From: the human T2T-CHM13v2.0 reference genome, Homo sapiens
Direction: 5' to 3' (one strand)
DNA: 64,000 bases
Assembly (NCBI RefSeq): GCF_009914755.1
Contig: NC_060929.1
This document shows, one piece after another, positions 42,330-60,011 of the stretch (position 1 is the first letter of the stretch; every line of letters begins with the position of its first letter). The translations under genes were made by a program, and so were the position numbers. The notes below the pieces were generated by a model that worked only from the letters and a program-made list of their open reading frames with translations, made no database searches and was not told the origin of the DNA.

Positions 42330-43915
42330 TTTCTGTTGGTTCAAGAGCATAAATAGACCAAAATGGATATTTGGAAGTCTCAGCTTCCAATTCAATGGAA
42401 ACATTTATGTCCCCTCATGGAAGCATTCTTCCCTTGGAAATGAAAACCTCCAAACCAGCAGAGCTCGGAATTGTACAGATGGGAAGCAAGAATTCTGCAA
42501 ATGGATTTTTAGCTGTAATAGTGAAACAGGGAATCTTCCCTGTCCCTTTTGCAGGCCTCACGACAGGACTGCCTCGCTTACTAGGCCCACAGCTCTCAAT
42601 CCCTCGTGGGAGGGGGAGCATACGGGTGAGTGGGCGCAGGAGCCAGAGCAAGTGCTTCTGGGTGTTGACAGGAGCAAAGCTCCATGTGGGGCCCAGGACA
42701 ATGACCAGTGGGGGAGTACCTGTGACCCCCAAAGCCCCAGAGGGCATGCGTTACAGTGAGTCATTTAGCTTTGCTGTCTGCAGACGGCTTAGGTGTTAAA
42801 CAGCTCATTGGGCCTTCTGCCTTTTCATGAGGTGGTTGCTCTCCACCAGCGAGGACAGAGGGTCAGCGTGACAGCCTTTAACATCTGTACTGTGGCACCC
42901 GAGCTCTTGTTCAGTGTCCAGGAAAAATCAGGTCACACAAACAAATTGAAGGGAGGTGAATGCAGAGGATTTTCTTGCTGATGGAAGTGGCTCTCAGCTG
43001 GAAAGGGGATGGAGCGGGAGGATATTCCTCCCCTGAAGTCCAGCCACCCCCAGACAACTCTTCTCCGAAGTCCTGCTCCGCCATCAAGCCATCGCTCTGA
43101 AGTCAAGCTGCTTCTCTCGGACGTTCAGCCGTTTCTTCTCTTCTCCCCTTCTCTACTCTCTGCCAGTGGAGCCTGGGGTCTTTACGGGTGCAGGATGAGG
43201 GGTGGGGCAGGCCAGGAGTGGTTTCGGAAAAGGCAACATTTGAACAGGAAAACAAGGATGTAAAGTTCTCACTGTGGACCGCGGTTCCAGGCTTGAGGGT
43301 GGGGCCCTCGCTAGGCACCCCACCCTGCTCTGCCTCGAATTTCTCTGCCTCCTGTCCCTATCCATAGTGAGAGAAGCCGTTCCTACCTCCAAACTTGACT
43401 CCTGGGTCCATACATTCTGGCTAGATAAAGGGCGCACAAATATTGGTTTCTGCTTCATAGCACCTACTGCATCCTCTAAGATAGAATTCCATGCGTCTGG
43501 GGTGCATCCCCTCATGGCCTGACAGCGTCTTCAGGAGGTCATGCCACTGCCCTAAGCCAGCAGCTTCTGGGTAATGGAGAATGTGGTAAAAACAGTGGAT
43601 GCAAGTAGGCACAAGCCCACTGCTACACTTCTTTTGCTGTGAAATGACTTTCTTGATTAGAAGCAATATGATGTGGAATATGAAGTCACTATTGATAGCG
43701 CGTAAAGCAGAAACATTACAGTCAAGGAAGGCAGATCAATACAAAGAACATAGGTCTATCCCAAATAAGACAAATTTATTTCCCCAATGGGGAAAGGTCC
43801 AATGTAATCACCTTGCCACCACATGGCTTGTTGATTTGCAGGGAAGTGGCACCAAATCCGGGCTCAGTGACAGTGCCTGCTGTTGCCACGTTAGGCACTC
43901 AGTCGAGTCAGCCTT
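42330..43915 (-). pseudogene. Decayed ERVL pol (integrase and downstream region), interrupted by a solo LTR
   Basis: Minus-strand peptides IHCFYHILHYPEAAGL, WNSILEDAVGAMKQKPIF and NPFAEFLLPICTIPSSAGLEVFISKGRMLP resemble recalled HERV-L/ERVL IHWSYHVPHHPEAAGL, VLQDAVYALNQRPIY and PLAKFLLPVP..SAGLEVLVP.GGMLP; frameshifts and stops present. Confidence 0.75.
42522..43363 (-). mobile_element. ERV1 solo LTR (LTR1/LTR28/MER52-like group)
   Basis: ~840 bp, GC-rich; minus strand begins gatagggacaggaggcagagaaatt...ggccccaccctcaagcctgg; 4-bp TSD atag at 42518-42521 and 43364-43367. Confidence 0.8.
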
Positions 43916-43998
43916 CCTTAGGGGAAGTCTGTATGGGTGAATCCAGAACAAAACTTGGTAATAATCATATTTATTCTCTATTTAAAGATTAACATTTG

Positions 43999-44616
<618 letters not shown>

Positions 44617-45947
44617 TTAGATTGAAAACAAAGCAAAGACTCTATCACTTATAGCCACATTTCCAAAAAAAATTAAGATATTCACAGTCTGCCTGTCAAC
44701 ATTGGACTTGTTTAAAAGTTATTTGTTTAGTGATTGCTCAGTTAGGAAGTCATCAGAGCCAGTCAGCAGTCTGGAGGGTGTGAAAATATTTCCTGGATTG
44801 CTTGGTGTTAAATGGTTATGCTGACTACTTCAGGAGAGGACAGTGGTGAATGAGAAATCTGCATTTCCTCCACTGCACATTCTTTCACGGTTAAGACTGG
44901 CAAAGTCCCATTCAAGGGTTAAGCTCATCTATAGAAAATTAAGTCATTTCTTGCTAAACTGAGAAGAACAACAGTCATGTGATAATGCTGGGACTCTGAC
45001 ACAGTTGATCTGGGTAACGCTGCGTGGAGGATGTGATGTGCTGTCAGCTTTACAGACAAGCATATTGTGACCCAATTTGTTTGCCAGGCAGTTGTTCCAG
45101 AGAAGTAGTTTACTGATAGAAGAAAATTGACGGCAGAGTACTGATTGCACAATCAAAGCCAAGTGGCTGCTGAACCGAATAAAATGTTATATAAATCCTA
45201 AAGTCACCCTAGAAAAAAAAATTAAATAACAGGGAGGAAAAGGGATTCACTCAGCAATGAAACACAAGGTGATTCCTACCTTCCTACCTGCCTCTCCTGG
45301 TCCACCAGTGACCTAGTGTGCCAAACCCAATAAATCGGTCTCCATCCTGGCTCAAACGACTCCCCAGGAACAGAATCCTTTTGGCAGTCTTGCTAAAAGA
45401 AGTGAATAAGCTTTGGGTCGACATACATATCCTTTTGCTGTCATTGTTTTTTTAACTCCTGGGAAACCTTAAAAGATACTGTCAATTGTATTTTATACCC
45501 TTTTGTATAATCAGTGTGTAGTATAGGATGTTGATACTTTCCCCTAACATTATTTTCTCTAACACTGCAACAAATTAAGCCCAAGGCAGTTCTGTCTCAT
45601 AGGCTTGTGACTGCATTGATCCTACTGCCCAAACAGATTTTTGAATTAAGGTTTATAAAAAAAATGACTATATATGGATGCTTGGAGGGGCTTCAGCTCC
45701 CTTAGGTTACTTATCTTTTTCTTTCTATTTTCAATGTCTAGAATAATCTTAATTTCAAAGAAAAATGACATGAAAGCAGGTCTCCAAAATGACATGAATT
45801 TGGTGGTCATTTGGAATAACTATAAAGCCTTGAACAATTGGGTCATTTCTCCTTTTGAGGGGCAAAGTATTAAATTAGGTGGGAATTCAAACTCTACATC
45901 AAGTGCAGTCTCAAAAAAAAGGATCTTGGAAATATGTTCTCCCATGA

Positions 45948-46667
<720 letters not shown>

Positions 46668-48003
46668 TAAATTTTGTCTGAGGAAGTAGTGATGAATATG
46701 AAATGAGGACAACCATAAAACGCTTAAAGCATAAAACCATATTCTGACGATGGCACCTAGAGAGCTGGAACTGCATTTTCTCCAATACATGTAGGCACAA
46801 TGGCTTAGGTAGATTTGTGTGAAAAGTGTCAGCTTTCTACTTGGTTCTCCTCCTGGTAAATATTTCCACGTGACCACACCAGCTACTCAAGTGAATGTGT
46901 AGAACCAGGCACATGGTCTTCCTGGAAACATAGGAAGTTCGACCATTTCTAAATCAGTATTTTTCTAGCCTTTTGTTCCAATACCTTCATGCTTTGTAAG
47001 ACATCCTGTCACTTGGGTGAATTTTAATAAATCAGCCCATGATGTTTATAAAGGACAAAATATGTCACTCCCATCCCCTGCTTCCAACTTCACAAACAAT
47101 ACCTGAGACAGCAAGATTAAGTAATTTTCCAGAGGCCAAGCAGCCACGATAGAACAATGGGGACTGACTTTAGGCCATTCTGCTTCCTTTCAACCTGGAA
47201 GCGTGTCACGCGGATGTTTATCCTCCTACATACCCATGCTATTTAGACTGGTTTGAGGAAATGAAAAAACATGGGACTTAGTTTTTCCTCCCATGAATTT
47301 GGTTTCTATTAAATATTTAGAATCATATAAACATTTTTATTTCATGTTTGAGAATATTATTTATTTCTTGGTATTTGGCACCAATAATGAATACAGCACC
47401 CAACAATAACTGGACACTGCAATAATCCAAAGACATCCTAATTTAAGCAGCCATCATACAACCTTCCCAAGGTTGAAACACTTGAAGGTATAAGTGCTCA
47501 TTTTCCTAGGTATGCAAGTTTCACCTGCCTTGCCAGCTGTCACAGGTGCACTGCTCACCTGACTTGCTTTGGCCATGGAGAAAACACAGACCTGCTGCAA
47601 CAGATCTGCCCCGGACTCTGAATCTCACAAATCCGAGACCGTGGACTCAGCCTGAGGAGGATCCCAGCTTGGGCTCTTCCAGTTGGTACCCTGTGCTTCC
47701 CCAGCTGTCCCACAGAACGTGGCCTTCCCGCCACAACGGTGTGGTCCTAGGAACACCCACCAGAGAATCCAAGGGAGGTAGATGTTTGTTGAAACTGATC
47801 CTTAGACCCACCCCTCCATCAGATTTCCTGAATTAAAATCTCTAGTGGTGGGTTTGGGATTGTAGTGCCACCCACTTAGGAGAGTGTACATCAGAAGAAA
47901 GTAAAATGGTTGAACTCAAACTGGCTCACTAGTCCGTGGTTATAAACTGTCAGGCCCTTTAAAAGTGTAAGGGAACCTTATGAGCAAAATTCGAGTTTAG
48001 GTG

Positions 48004-48416
48004 TGTATTAGTCCATTTTTTGTGTTGCTATAAATGAATACCTGAGATTAGGTAATTTATAAAGAAAAGAGGTTTAATGGATTCATAGTTCTGCAGGCTG
48101 TACAGGAAGTGTGATGCCAGCATTTACTTCTGGTGAGGGCCTCAGGGAGCTTACAATCATGACTGAAGGTGAAGGCGGAAGCAGCGCATGGTGAGACAGG
48201 GAGCAAGAGGAGGTGGGGGAGATGCCACACACTTTTAAACAACCATATCTCACATAAACCCAGAGCGAGAACTCACTCATTACCAAGAGGATAGCACCCA
48301 CGAGGTCATGAGGACCCACCTCCACGACCAAACACCTCCCAAGAGGCCGCACCTCCAGCACCTGGGATCACATTTCAACATGAGATTTGGAGGGGACACA
48401 CATCCAAACCATATCA
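48004..48416 (-). mobile_element. MSTB-like MaLR solo LTR
   Basis: TG...CA termini (tgtattagtcc...ccaaaccatatca); 5-bp TSD aggtg at 47999-48003 and 48417-48421. Confidence 0.88.
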
Positions 48417-48553
48417 AGGTGTTATGAGAAAATGAGCGAAGGGTCTTTCCTAGGAGGACAGTTGGTGGCTTTTTGGTACTGTGCTTCATAGCACTAATTT
48501 CCAGAGTTCAAAGATCTTTTCCAGTAACCTCCAGTTTCTACCCATGTTTCTAA

Positions 48554-49502
<949 letters not shown>

Positions 49503-50279
49503 CTATTCCAGATTTATTAATGGCAAGAACAGTTTTAAACCATCATTGCTACCGAGCATGAAGAAAAATGTTCATTGATGGATACCAGAGCACATTTCAA
49601 ACCAGAGTGTCCTTTGATATAAACTTAGTAGTGCGTGTCTAAAGCAGATCGTAAACTGAGAGCATTTCTAGAGATTAGGAAATATTTGTGGTCCCAAACC
49701 AGAAGCCGAGGTCCTTGAAACCACCACACTGTTGGTTCTCGAAGCAGGGAGGCACCCAGGTGACCCAAATCCAGCTCACAGGCACTAGATGATGATCGAT
49801 TTGCTCCTCTTTCTATTGCTTCTGGTTCTTCTGCACCTGTGATGAAATTTAAATTGGCTGCATCCACATCAAAGAAAATAAATTTCTTGATAGAATTTAA
49901 ATGTTAAGTGTCCTGAAATGTGTTTACTTCTGGATCAGAAATGAGAATGTACTGAAACAGGAAGTCAGCTTCACAGCAGGAAGCAGACCTCAAAGAAATG
50001 TGACTCACATAGTCTTTTGAATGTGCTCCACTTGGGGACACAATGTTCCCCACAGCTTGCCCATCTCATCCATTCTAACTTTCCCATGGGACAAAAAGCA
50101 TCATAACAAAGAATTAGAGGAGAGGAACAAATCAATCAAAATGGTAGTAATGCAGTAATTATACAAGAAAAAAAACAATGACCAAAAGAATACTGTGATG
50201 ATAATTTACAAATACATTATTTAATGCAAAAATATCAACCCTTTAAGATCATGGCCAACTTAAGTTAAAACTGATAATT

Positions 50280-50411
50280 AGGGTGATGACATAATGTATC
50301 ACTCATAACAGGACACTTCTGAAAGTAAAAGGTGGTGCCCTTAATAATTTTATCAGGACAGCCAACGTGAACCGGAACTGTTCCAGGCAATCTAGTACAT
50401 ATGGTCACCCA
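50280..50411. mobile_element. MER94-like hAT-Blackjack MITE
   Basis: Termini agggtga.../...tatggtcaccc, ~130 bp. Confidence 0.6.
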
Positions 50412-50719
50412 AGCGATAATTCACAAACAACACATCCTTCAAGAAAAGTGTGGGAATTCCAAGCATCTAGATACGCACTTGCTCAGTAAGAACTTTGTAA
50501 CATTATTGGCAGTAAAATTCTGAGAACGTAGCCTCAGGATTATCTAGCAACCCACTAATTCTAGCGCACAGACACTCCTGACAGCTGTGGACTTTCTGTA
50601 TCTCAGAGATTTAGGTCAACCTGACTTCAGTCCATTAGGATCCACATCTGGGACTGCCTCACCTCTAATTCAGTTCAAAATATTTTAAAATTTTGTATGA
50701 CTTCTTTTTAACTCCAAGA

Positions 50720-51036
50720 CTTCTTTTGTTGTTGTTTTGAGACCGAGTCTCATTCTGTTGCCCAGGCTGGCGTGCGGTGGTGCAATCATGGCTCACTGCA
50801 GCCTCAACCTCCCAAACTCAATGGATCCTCCACCTCAGCCTCCAAAGTAGCTGAGACTACAGGTATGCACCACCACACCTGGCTAATTTTTATGTTCTGG
50901 GGCTTTTTTGTTTTTTGTAGGGATGAGGTGTCTCCATGTAATCCAGGCTGCTCTCAAACTCCTGGTCTCAAGTGATCCACTCACCTCAGTCTCCCAAAGT
51001 GCTGGGATTACAGGCGTGAGCCACTGCACTCTGCCC
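50720..51036 (-). mobile_element. AluJ-like
   Basis: Antisense dimer with (TTG)n tail. Confidence 0.88.
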
Positions 51037-51114
51037 AAAATTTCTTTAGTAACATTATTTGATTTCCAACATATAAGATGTTTAAGCTATTCTTCTGTTA
51101 TTGATTTCCTTCAT

Positions 51115-52225
51115 TCTTTATTTTTTAATTGGCAACTACAAATTATATATATTTAGGGTATACGACATTATGTTTTGAAATATGTATACATTGTGGAACA
51201 GCTAAATCAAGCAAATTAACAAATGCATCACCTCACTGACTTGTTTCTTTGTGAGAACACTTCAAATCTAGTCTCTTAGTGATTTTCAAATATACAATAT
51301 ATTGTTATTAACTATAGTCACCATGATGTACAATAAATCTCTTGGATTTACTCCTCTTGTGTAATTGAAATTTTGTGCCCTTTGGCCAACATCTCCTATA
51401 TTAGTCCATTCTCACATTGCTGTAAGGAACTACCTGAGACTGTGTAATTTTTGAGAAAGGAGGTTTAATTGACTCACACTTCCACAGGCTGTACAGGAAG
51501 CATGGCTGGGGAAGTCTCAGGAAACCTACAATCATGTTAGAAGGGTGAAGGGGAAGCAGGCACATCTTCACATGGTGGAGCAGGAGAGGAAGAGAGAAAG
51601 AGTAAGTGCTACACACTTTTAAACAACCAGATCTCAGGAGAACTCACTCACTATCATGAGAACAGCAAGGGGGATGTCCACCCCCATGATTTAATCACCT
51701 CCCACCAGGCCCCACTTCCAACACTAGGGATTACAATTCAACATGAGATTTGGGTGGGGATGAAGAGCCAAATCATAACGTCTCCCCAGTCCCCACTATC
51801 CCCAGTCTCTGGTCACCACCATTCTATTCTATTTCTATGAGTTTGACTTTTTTTTTGGCTGCATATATAAGTGAGATAATGTGGTATTTATCTTTCTGTG
51901 TTTGGCTTATTTCACTTAACATAAAATCCTCCAAGTTCATTCATGTTGTTCCAGTGACAGAATTTCCTTATTTTTGAAGGCTGAATAATACTTCATCATG
52001 TATATGTACCACATTTTCTTTATCCATTCATCCATTGATGGACATAGGTTGGTCCCATATCTTGGCCATTGTGAATAGTGCTGTAATAAGCCTGAGGGCA
52101 CATATGTCTCTTTAACATACTGATTTTATTTCTTTTGAATATATACCCAGAAGTGGGATTCATAGATAATATGGTAGTTCTATTTTTAATTTTTTGAGGG
52201 ACCTTCATACTCCATACATAATGAC
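51115..52225 (-). mobile_element. L1MA-like 3' end interrupted by an MSTA-like LTR (51397-51780)
   Basis: Antisense L1 3'UTR on both sides; LTR tatattagtccattctcac...gagccaaatcataacg with 5-bp TSD tctcc. Confidence 0.85.
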
Positions 52226-52406
52226 TGTTTTCTGTTATTGATTTCTAATTTTATTGACAATTATGGTCAGAGAACATAGTCTAGATGATATAATGATATT
52301 GTTCCTTTTGGAATTTATTGAGGAATTCTATGTGGCCTAGTGTGTGTGTACACATATATGTATATATCTATATATTTTATATATTTTAGTATTTAGTTTT
52401 TGCTCA

Positions 52407-52752
<346 letters not shown>

Positions 52753-54048
52753 TTACATCCTCCTGGTGGCCATGTTGCCACTTCTGTGTCTGTAGGTGCT
52801 GGTGACCTGTATACCACCATCTTCATCAGTTTTCAAAAGATGTGGTGCAGGTTCCTGAATGTATAAATTGACTAGTGATATGAGGGGTCCTGGGGAGAGC
52901 ACTCACCATGCTTCACCTAGCCTTGGGCTATCACACCTATCACATTGCTCTTCCTCCTCCTCACCCTGATCTCTCAGAGTCTGCCCTTTGCCAAGGTCCT
53001 TACCCATACCATTTGAGCTTTCCTGAGCATGCACCACAGGTAGCAGCCCTCCAGCCAGTCAGCACCCCCTACCTTGGAGGCCACCTTCATCCCTGATGGG
53101 GCTTGTCCATGCATAGCCTCCCCGAAAGAGGCAGCCCTCCCTGCAAGGAATTTGTTTACCAGCTGCAAAGTGAGTAAGATTGTCTTCATAGACTGTATCA
53201 AATGATAGTAACTAAATATCACACTTACTAGGTAACTTGTAGGTAGTTCTCAAACATGCTGAAGGGGATTTGTAGAGATACATAGGAAAAAAGCAAAGTG
53301 TAAAAACCAAGCTGTATTGTCCTATTCTCACAGTTACTCAACACAACACTTCTGATATCCGAGTCTCCAGCAGACACCAGCTTGATGTCCTCTTATTCAA
53401 TTCAATTCGATTCAATTCAATTCAATTCAATTCCAACTCTTGTCTACCTGGAGATAGCATTAGATCCCACAAGTTGAGGCCTCGGTTCCACAAGACTGCC
53501 CCCCACTTCAGATGCCAATGACAAATCCCAGGTTGTGACCTGTGGTTCTGACTGACCAGCTATAAATCAGGGTTTCCATGCTTCCCTCATCAGGTTTGAT
53601 TACTTTGTTAGAGCAGCTCACAGAACTCAGGAAAACACTTTGCTTACATTTACCCATTCATTACAAAGCATATTGAACAGCCAGATGAAGAGATACATAG
53701 GATGAGGTCTGGAAGTGTCCCAAGGGCCAGAGCTTCTGTCCCCGTGAGTTGGGGTATGCCACCCTCCCAGCAAGTGGATATATTTTTGTTCACCAACCTG
53801 GAAGCTCCTCAAACCTGGTCCTTCCAGATTTTCAGGCAGGCTTCATTATGTAGGTGTGACTGATTCAATCATTGGCCATTGGTGATCTCCTAACCTTCAG
53901 CCCCTCTCCCTTTCTCAGGGTTGGGGCTGTGAGTTGGAACCCTCCAATCATACTTTTGGTTCCCCTGGCAACCAGCTCCCATCCTGTGGTTAGGAACTTT
54001 CCCAAATCACCTTATTAACATAAACTCAGATGTAGTTGAAAGGAGCTT

Positions 54049-54838
54049 TGTGATATTATGAAATACACATTTGGTCTTCATCCCTTTTTCCTGGCTATAA
54101 CTTCTAAAATCTTTGGAATCTCCAAAGTGCTGTCTTTTTGTAGGCTAATGTTGACTGACAGCTTCAGGATGGGGCTGGTCAGTGGAAAGACGAAGGCATA
54201 ATTAGAGGGTTGAGACTTTCAACCCCATCCCCAACCTCCAGGGAGAAGAAAGGAGTTGAAGGCCATGCTTGTCACTAATGGCCAATGTTTTAACCAATCA
54301 TGCTTATGTAATGAAGCCTCCATAAAAACCCAAGAGGACAGGGTTCAGAGAGCTTCTGGATAGCTGAACACATGGAAGCTCCTGGATGGGGGGAGGGGAA
54401 CACCCAGGGAGGGCATGAAAACTCCACACCCCCTCCCCCATACCTCACCCTATGAATCTCTTCATCGTATACTTTGTCATATTCTTTATAATAAACCAGT
54501 AAGCATAAGTGTTTCCCTGAGTTCTGCAAGCCACTCCAGCAAATTAATCGAACACAAAGAAGGGCCTAGGGAACTCCAATTTAAAGGCAATTGGTCAGAA
54601 GTTCCAGAGGCTCAGACTTGGGACTGGTGTCTAAGGGGGAAACAGTCTGAAACTATCTCCGAGTAGACAGTGTTGGAATTGAACTGAAGGACACCCAGCT
54701 GGTATCTGCTGCCGAATTGATTGCTTGCTCATTGGTGCAGAGAAATCCCCACATATTTTTAGGGTCACAGAAGTCTTTTGCGTTGATGTTGTGTGAGAGA
54801 GAGGGGAAGAAAACACTGTTGGAGTTTTTTCCAAAACA
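54049..54838 (+). mobile_element. Second MER21-family LTR, inverted relative to the host
   Basis: tgtgatattatg...ccaaaaca with TG/CA termini; segments are reverse complements of 53366-53800. Confidence 0.72.
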
Positions 54839-54866
54839 GCCTTGTTATGAATAACATGTCTGTTTT

Positions 54867-55490
54867 TGTTACCAGAAAGGGTTCCTGATCCTGACCCCAA
54901 AAGAGGGTTCTTGGACCTCACACAAGAAAGAATTCGAGGCAAGTCCATAAAGTGAAAGCAAGTTTTTTAAGAAAGTAAAGGAATAAAAGAATGGCTACTC
55001 CATAGGCAGAGCATTGAAATGGGCTGCCTAAGTATACATATACTTATTTCTTGATTATATGCTAAACAAGGGGTGGATTATTCATGAGTTTTCAGGAAAA
55101 GGGGTGGGCAATTCCTGGAATTGAGAGTTCCTCCCCTTGTAGACCATATAGGGAAACTTCCTGTCGTTGCCATGGCATTTGTAAAATGTCATGGCACTGG
55201 TGGGAGTGTCTTTTAGCATGCTAATGCATTATTTTTAGCATATTATGAGCAGTCAGGATGACCAAAGGTCACTTTCCTCATCATCTTGGTTTTGGTGGGT
55301 TTTGGCCAGCCTCTTTATCGCAACCTGTTTTATCAGCAAGGCGTTTGTGACCTGTACTTGTGCCGACCTCCTATCTCACCCTGTGACTAAGAATGCCTAA
55401 CTTCCTGGGGATGCAGCCCAGCAGGTCTCAGCCTTATTTTACCCAGCCCCTATTCAAGGTGGAGTTGCTCTTGTTCAGACGTCTCTGACA
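54867..55490 (-). mobile_element. MER41B solo LTR
   Basis: Minus strand tgtcagagacgtctgaacaagagcaactcc...ctttctggtaaca, 624 bp, TSD tttt; has the recalled MER41B-specific blocks (GAS segment; taatgcattagcatgctaaaagac). Confidence 0.88.
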
Positions 55491-55599
55491 TTTTCAATGA
55501 AAGTCTTTGAGTTTCTCCGTCAACTTAGCTGGTAGTTACCGTCCCCAACCCTGACTGACCAAAAAGCATCAGGAAGGAATCCACCTGTATGGATGGTCT

Positions 55600-56044
55600 A
55601 CAAGGGTTGTATTGTGGGCTTCAATTACATAATCACAATGTGAAAGTCTAAGAGATTTTAGTGCTTACAGACCCAGGAAGGAACATGGCACTCCTGGAGG
55701 CCACACGGAAGAAAGCCTTAGGGAGCATAGACAGGAAGAGAGAAGAGAAAACAAAGTGGTGGCAACCAGCAATGTATATAAGGGAATAGGGTGTGGGTCA
55801 CTTTAACTTGACAGACAAATAAATGGTCCCTTTAAAGGAAGAGGAGGGATCGTGGGGAGCCCAGTCTGCTAGGCAGGAGAGACGCCTCTATGTTCTTATC
55901 TCTGGCCACCAGCTTGAGGCATTGGGACATGATATAGAACTGGCAACTGCATCACAGGTGACTGAGCCCTGTCTCGGCACAAGAAAGCCAAACTACATTC
56001 GAAATGGATGCGGAGGCAACGTAGAATTATAAGCATTCACTACA
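55600..56044 (-). mobile_element. LTR47-like LTR
   Basis: Minus strand begins tgtagtgaatgcttataattctacgttgcctc...cagggctcagtcacc; the other boundary is uncertain. Confidence 0.55.
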
Positions 56045-56221
56045 ACATCGTTGACCTTTATCACTCTGGAGGTGTTCTGGAGCTGTTTCAAGAACCAAGA
56101 ACCAAAGGCTAAATATTTTAATTAAAGATACTCCTATTTCTCTAATCATTTAAGAAATTACAAGGATTATGGGTGCTGGGAGCCAGGTACCATGGACAAA
56201 ACCTATACATATATTTCATAT

Positions 56222-56740
56222 CTCAGGGATCATGATATACCATCCCAAAATATACTACTTTGGCATAAAAACTATTTTGAGCTAAAAGCATTTGAGCTGC
56301 TGAAATCCCTGATCTCCCTAAAAGCATCTCAAAAGAACTCAATCTCAAATCTCCTCCCCTGGGAGCAATTTTAATCTTTTCTGAGATAAGAAGTCCAGAC
56401 AGAGGCATGATTAGAGGATTGGGACACTTTCACAAGACTATTGTATCTCCCATCTATTCTCCCAAGGGCCCACTTATCTTTCCAAAAAGTCATTTGTTTT
56501 TCCCCAAGTGCCCTTTCTCCCCTTCCCTTTTCTCTACTAAGATAGGTATATATAAACCCCCACATCTAACCACTTATATGAGCTTTTTACTTTTTTCTAT
56601 AAGGCCCTCTGTGCACATAAAATTAACATCAATAAAATCGATATATGTTTTCTCCTGCTAATCTGTCTTTTGTCAGTTTAACTCACAGGCCCCAGCCACT
56701 AAATTTAAGAGAATAGAGGAACAGTTTCTTCTTTTTTACA
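56222..56740 (+). mobile_element. MER34/MER39-like ERV1 LTR
   Basis: cccaaaatatactactttggcataa...ttttctcctgctaatctgtcttttgtcagttt; TATA-like tatataaa and AATAAA inside. Confidence 0.6.
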
Positions 56741-58170
56741 ATACTAAGTTTGTGGAAATGTGAACCATTTGTGCCATTAACCTTTTAGAACAACGAGAAG
56801 AATTTTGCATTTTCTTTGACTCATACATCTTATGAAAATTTCCAAAAACCTAAGAAATAAAAAAGAATTTTGTATTCTTAGGTCAGATCTGGCCAAGCCA
56901 AAGAACCTTGATATTCTTGATATTTCCAGAAGTCCTGAAAGAAGGAATATACCAGTGAAGACGATGCTCCCAAACCCAATGACTTTTGTAAGCTGGAAGG
57001 CAAATTTTTCAAGTTTGAGAGCATGGATTCTGGAGCCCAAGTCTCTGGATTCATTTTTTTTTTTTTTCTGTGACTTACTAATAGTGAGGTTTGACAAAGT
57101 TTCCTAAGTTTTTAAGCATTAGTCACATCACCTGCAATGAGAATAATGACTTAAAATTCTGCAGGCTTGTTGGGATAATTGAATGAGATAATAAACACAG
57201 TAGAGCACAGTGATGCAGTAACAGTGTTGTTATGTGCCCAGGGCAGCTGCTGCTGGTAGCATCGCTGGAAGAGAGCCAGAACTTCACTTACAATGAACAT
57301 TATACACATACACATTCCCTCTTTAGGGGGATTTCTTACTTGGTTAAGGATCACTTGTGTTGGAGATGAGCACCTCATAATTGAATGGAATTAACAACAA
57401 ACCTGCAGTTTCTTCTCATGATCGACAAATTATATGAACATTATGTTATTCATACAAATGGTAACAAGAACTTGTTACAAAGCCTTGTTTATACAACCCC
57501 ACCTTCAGGGCACACAAAAATCTGGTAAAAAAAAAAAAGTCCAGACACAAATTTGTATTAACATTTTACTGATGAAGAAGATAAATTCCAAAAAGCTAAA
57601 TGACTTTCCCAAGGGACTAAATTGTAGGGGAACACACTTAAATCCAGGTGTTCTGATTCAAAATCCCAGCACCTTCCTACTATATACCTCATGAATGTCC
57701 TAAATACAGTGTAATCCTTTGAGGAACCTTATAACTAGTAGAAGAAAATATTAATTCCAAAGACTCCTGAAATTAAAATAATTGTAGATTACATGTTATA
57801 TTCCATTAACCAGCAAACATCACAAACAAGCTATTACATAGACATTATTGGCACAATACTTCTTTAAATAACTCAGTTTGCTTTTTTTGTTAAGTATATC
57901 ACAGCTCAAGAATTTAAATTTTGCCTTAGGTTATGCAAAGCCTGCTCTGGGAACTTTGAAATAAGATTGATTTTTATCTTGTTTGGAATGACTTGCCTTT
58001 GCTTAAGGGCAAAGCTTTGGACTCAACAGCCTTTCAAAATCAGTTTTTATTCTATGATTCTATGACTTTTAATGACACCTAAAATTGAAATTAGTTGTAA
58101 GACCAGCATTTGTGATTACAATTTTGCCACTAATAACTTGCATCAGTATGAAGAACTTTAATCAACATGT

Positions 58171-60011
<1,841 letters not shown>

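Larger units (their letters stand above)
53313..56225 (-). mobile_element. MER21-family LTR (host; pieces ~53313-54048 and ~56045-56225) with nested LTRs
   Basis: MER21 phrases (ctacctggagatagcattagatcccaca, caagactgccccccacttcagatgccaat); (ATTCA)8 expansion at 53395-53434. Confidence 0.7.

Noticed and set aside
42325-43940. Overlapping 110-144 aa ORFs as a domesticated retroviral gene
   Set aside because: The integrase similarity is broken by stops, frameshifts and an LTR insertion; the other ORFs reflect the GC-rich LTR
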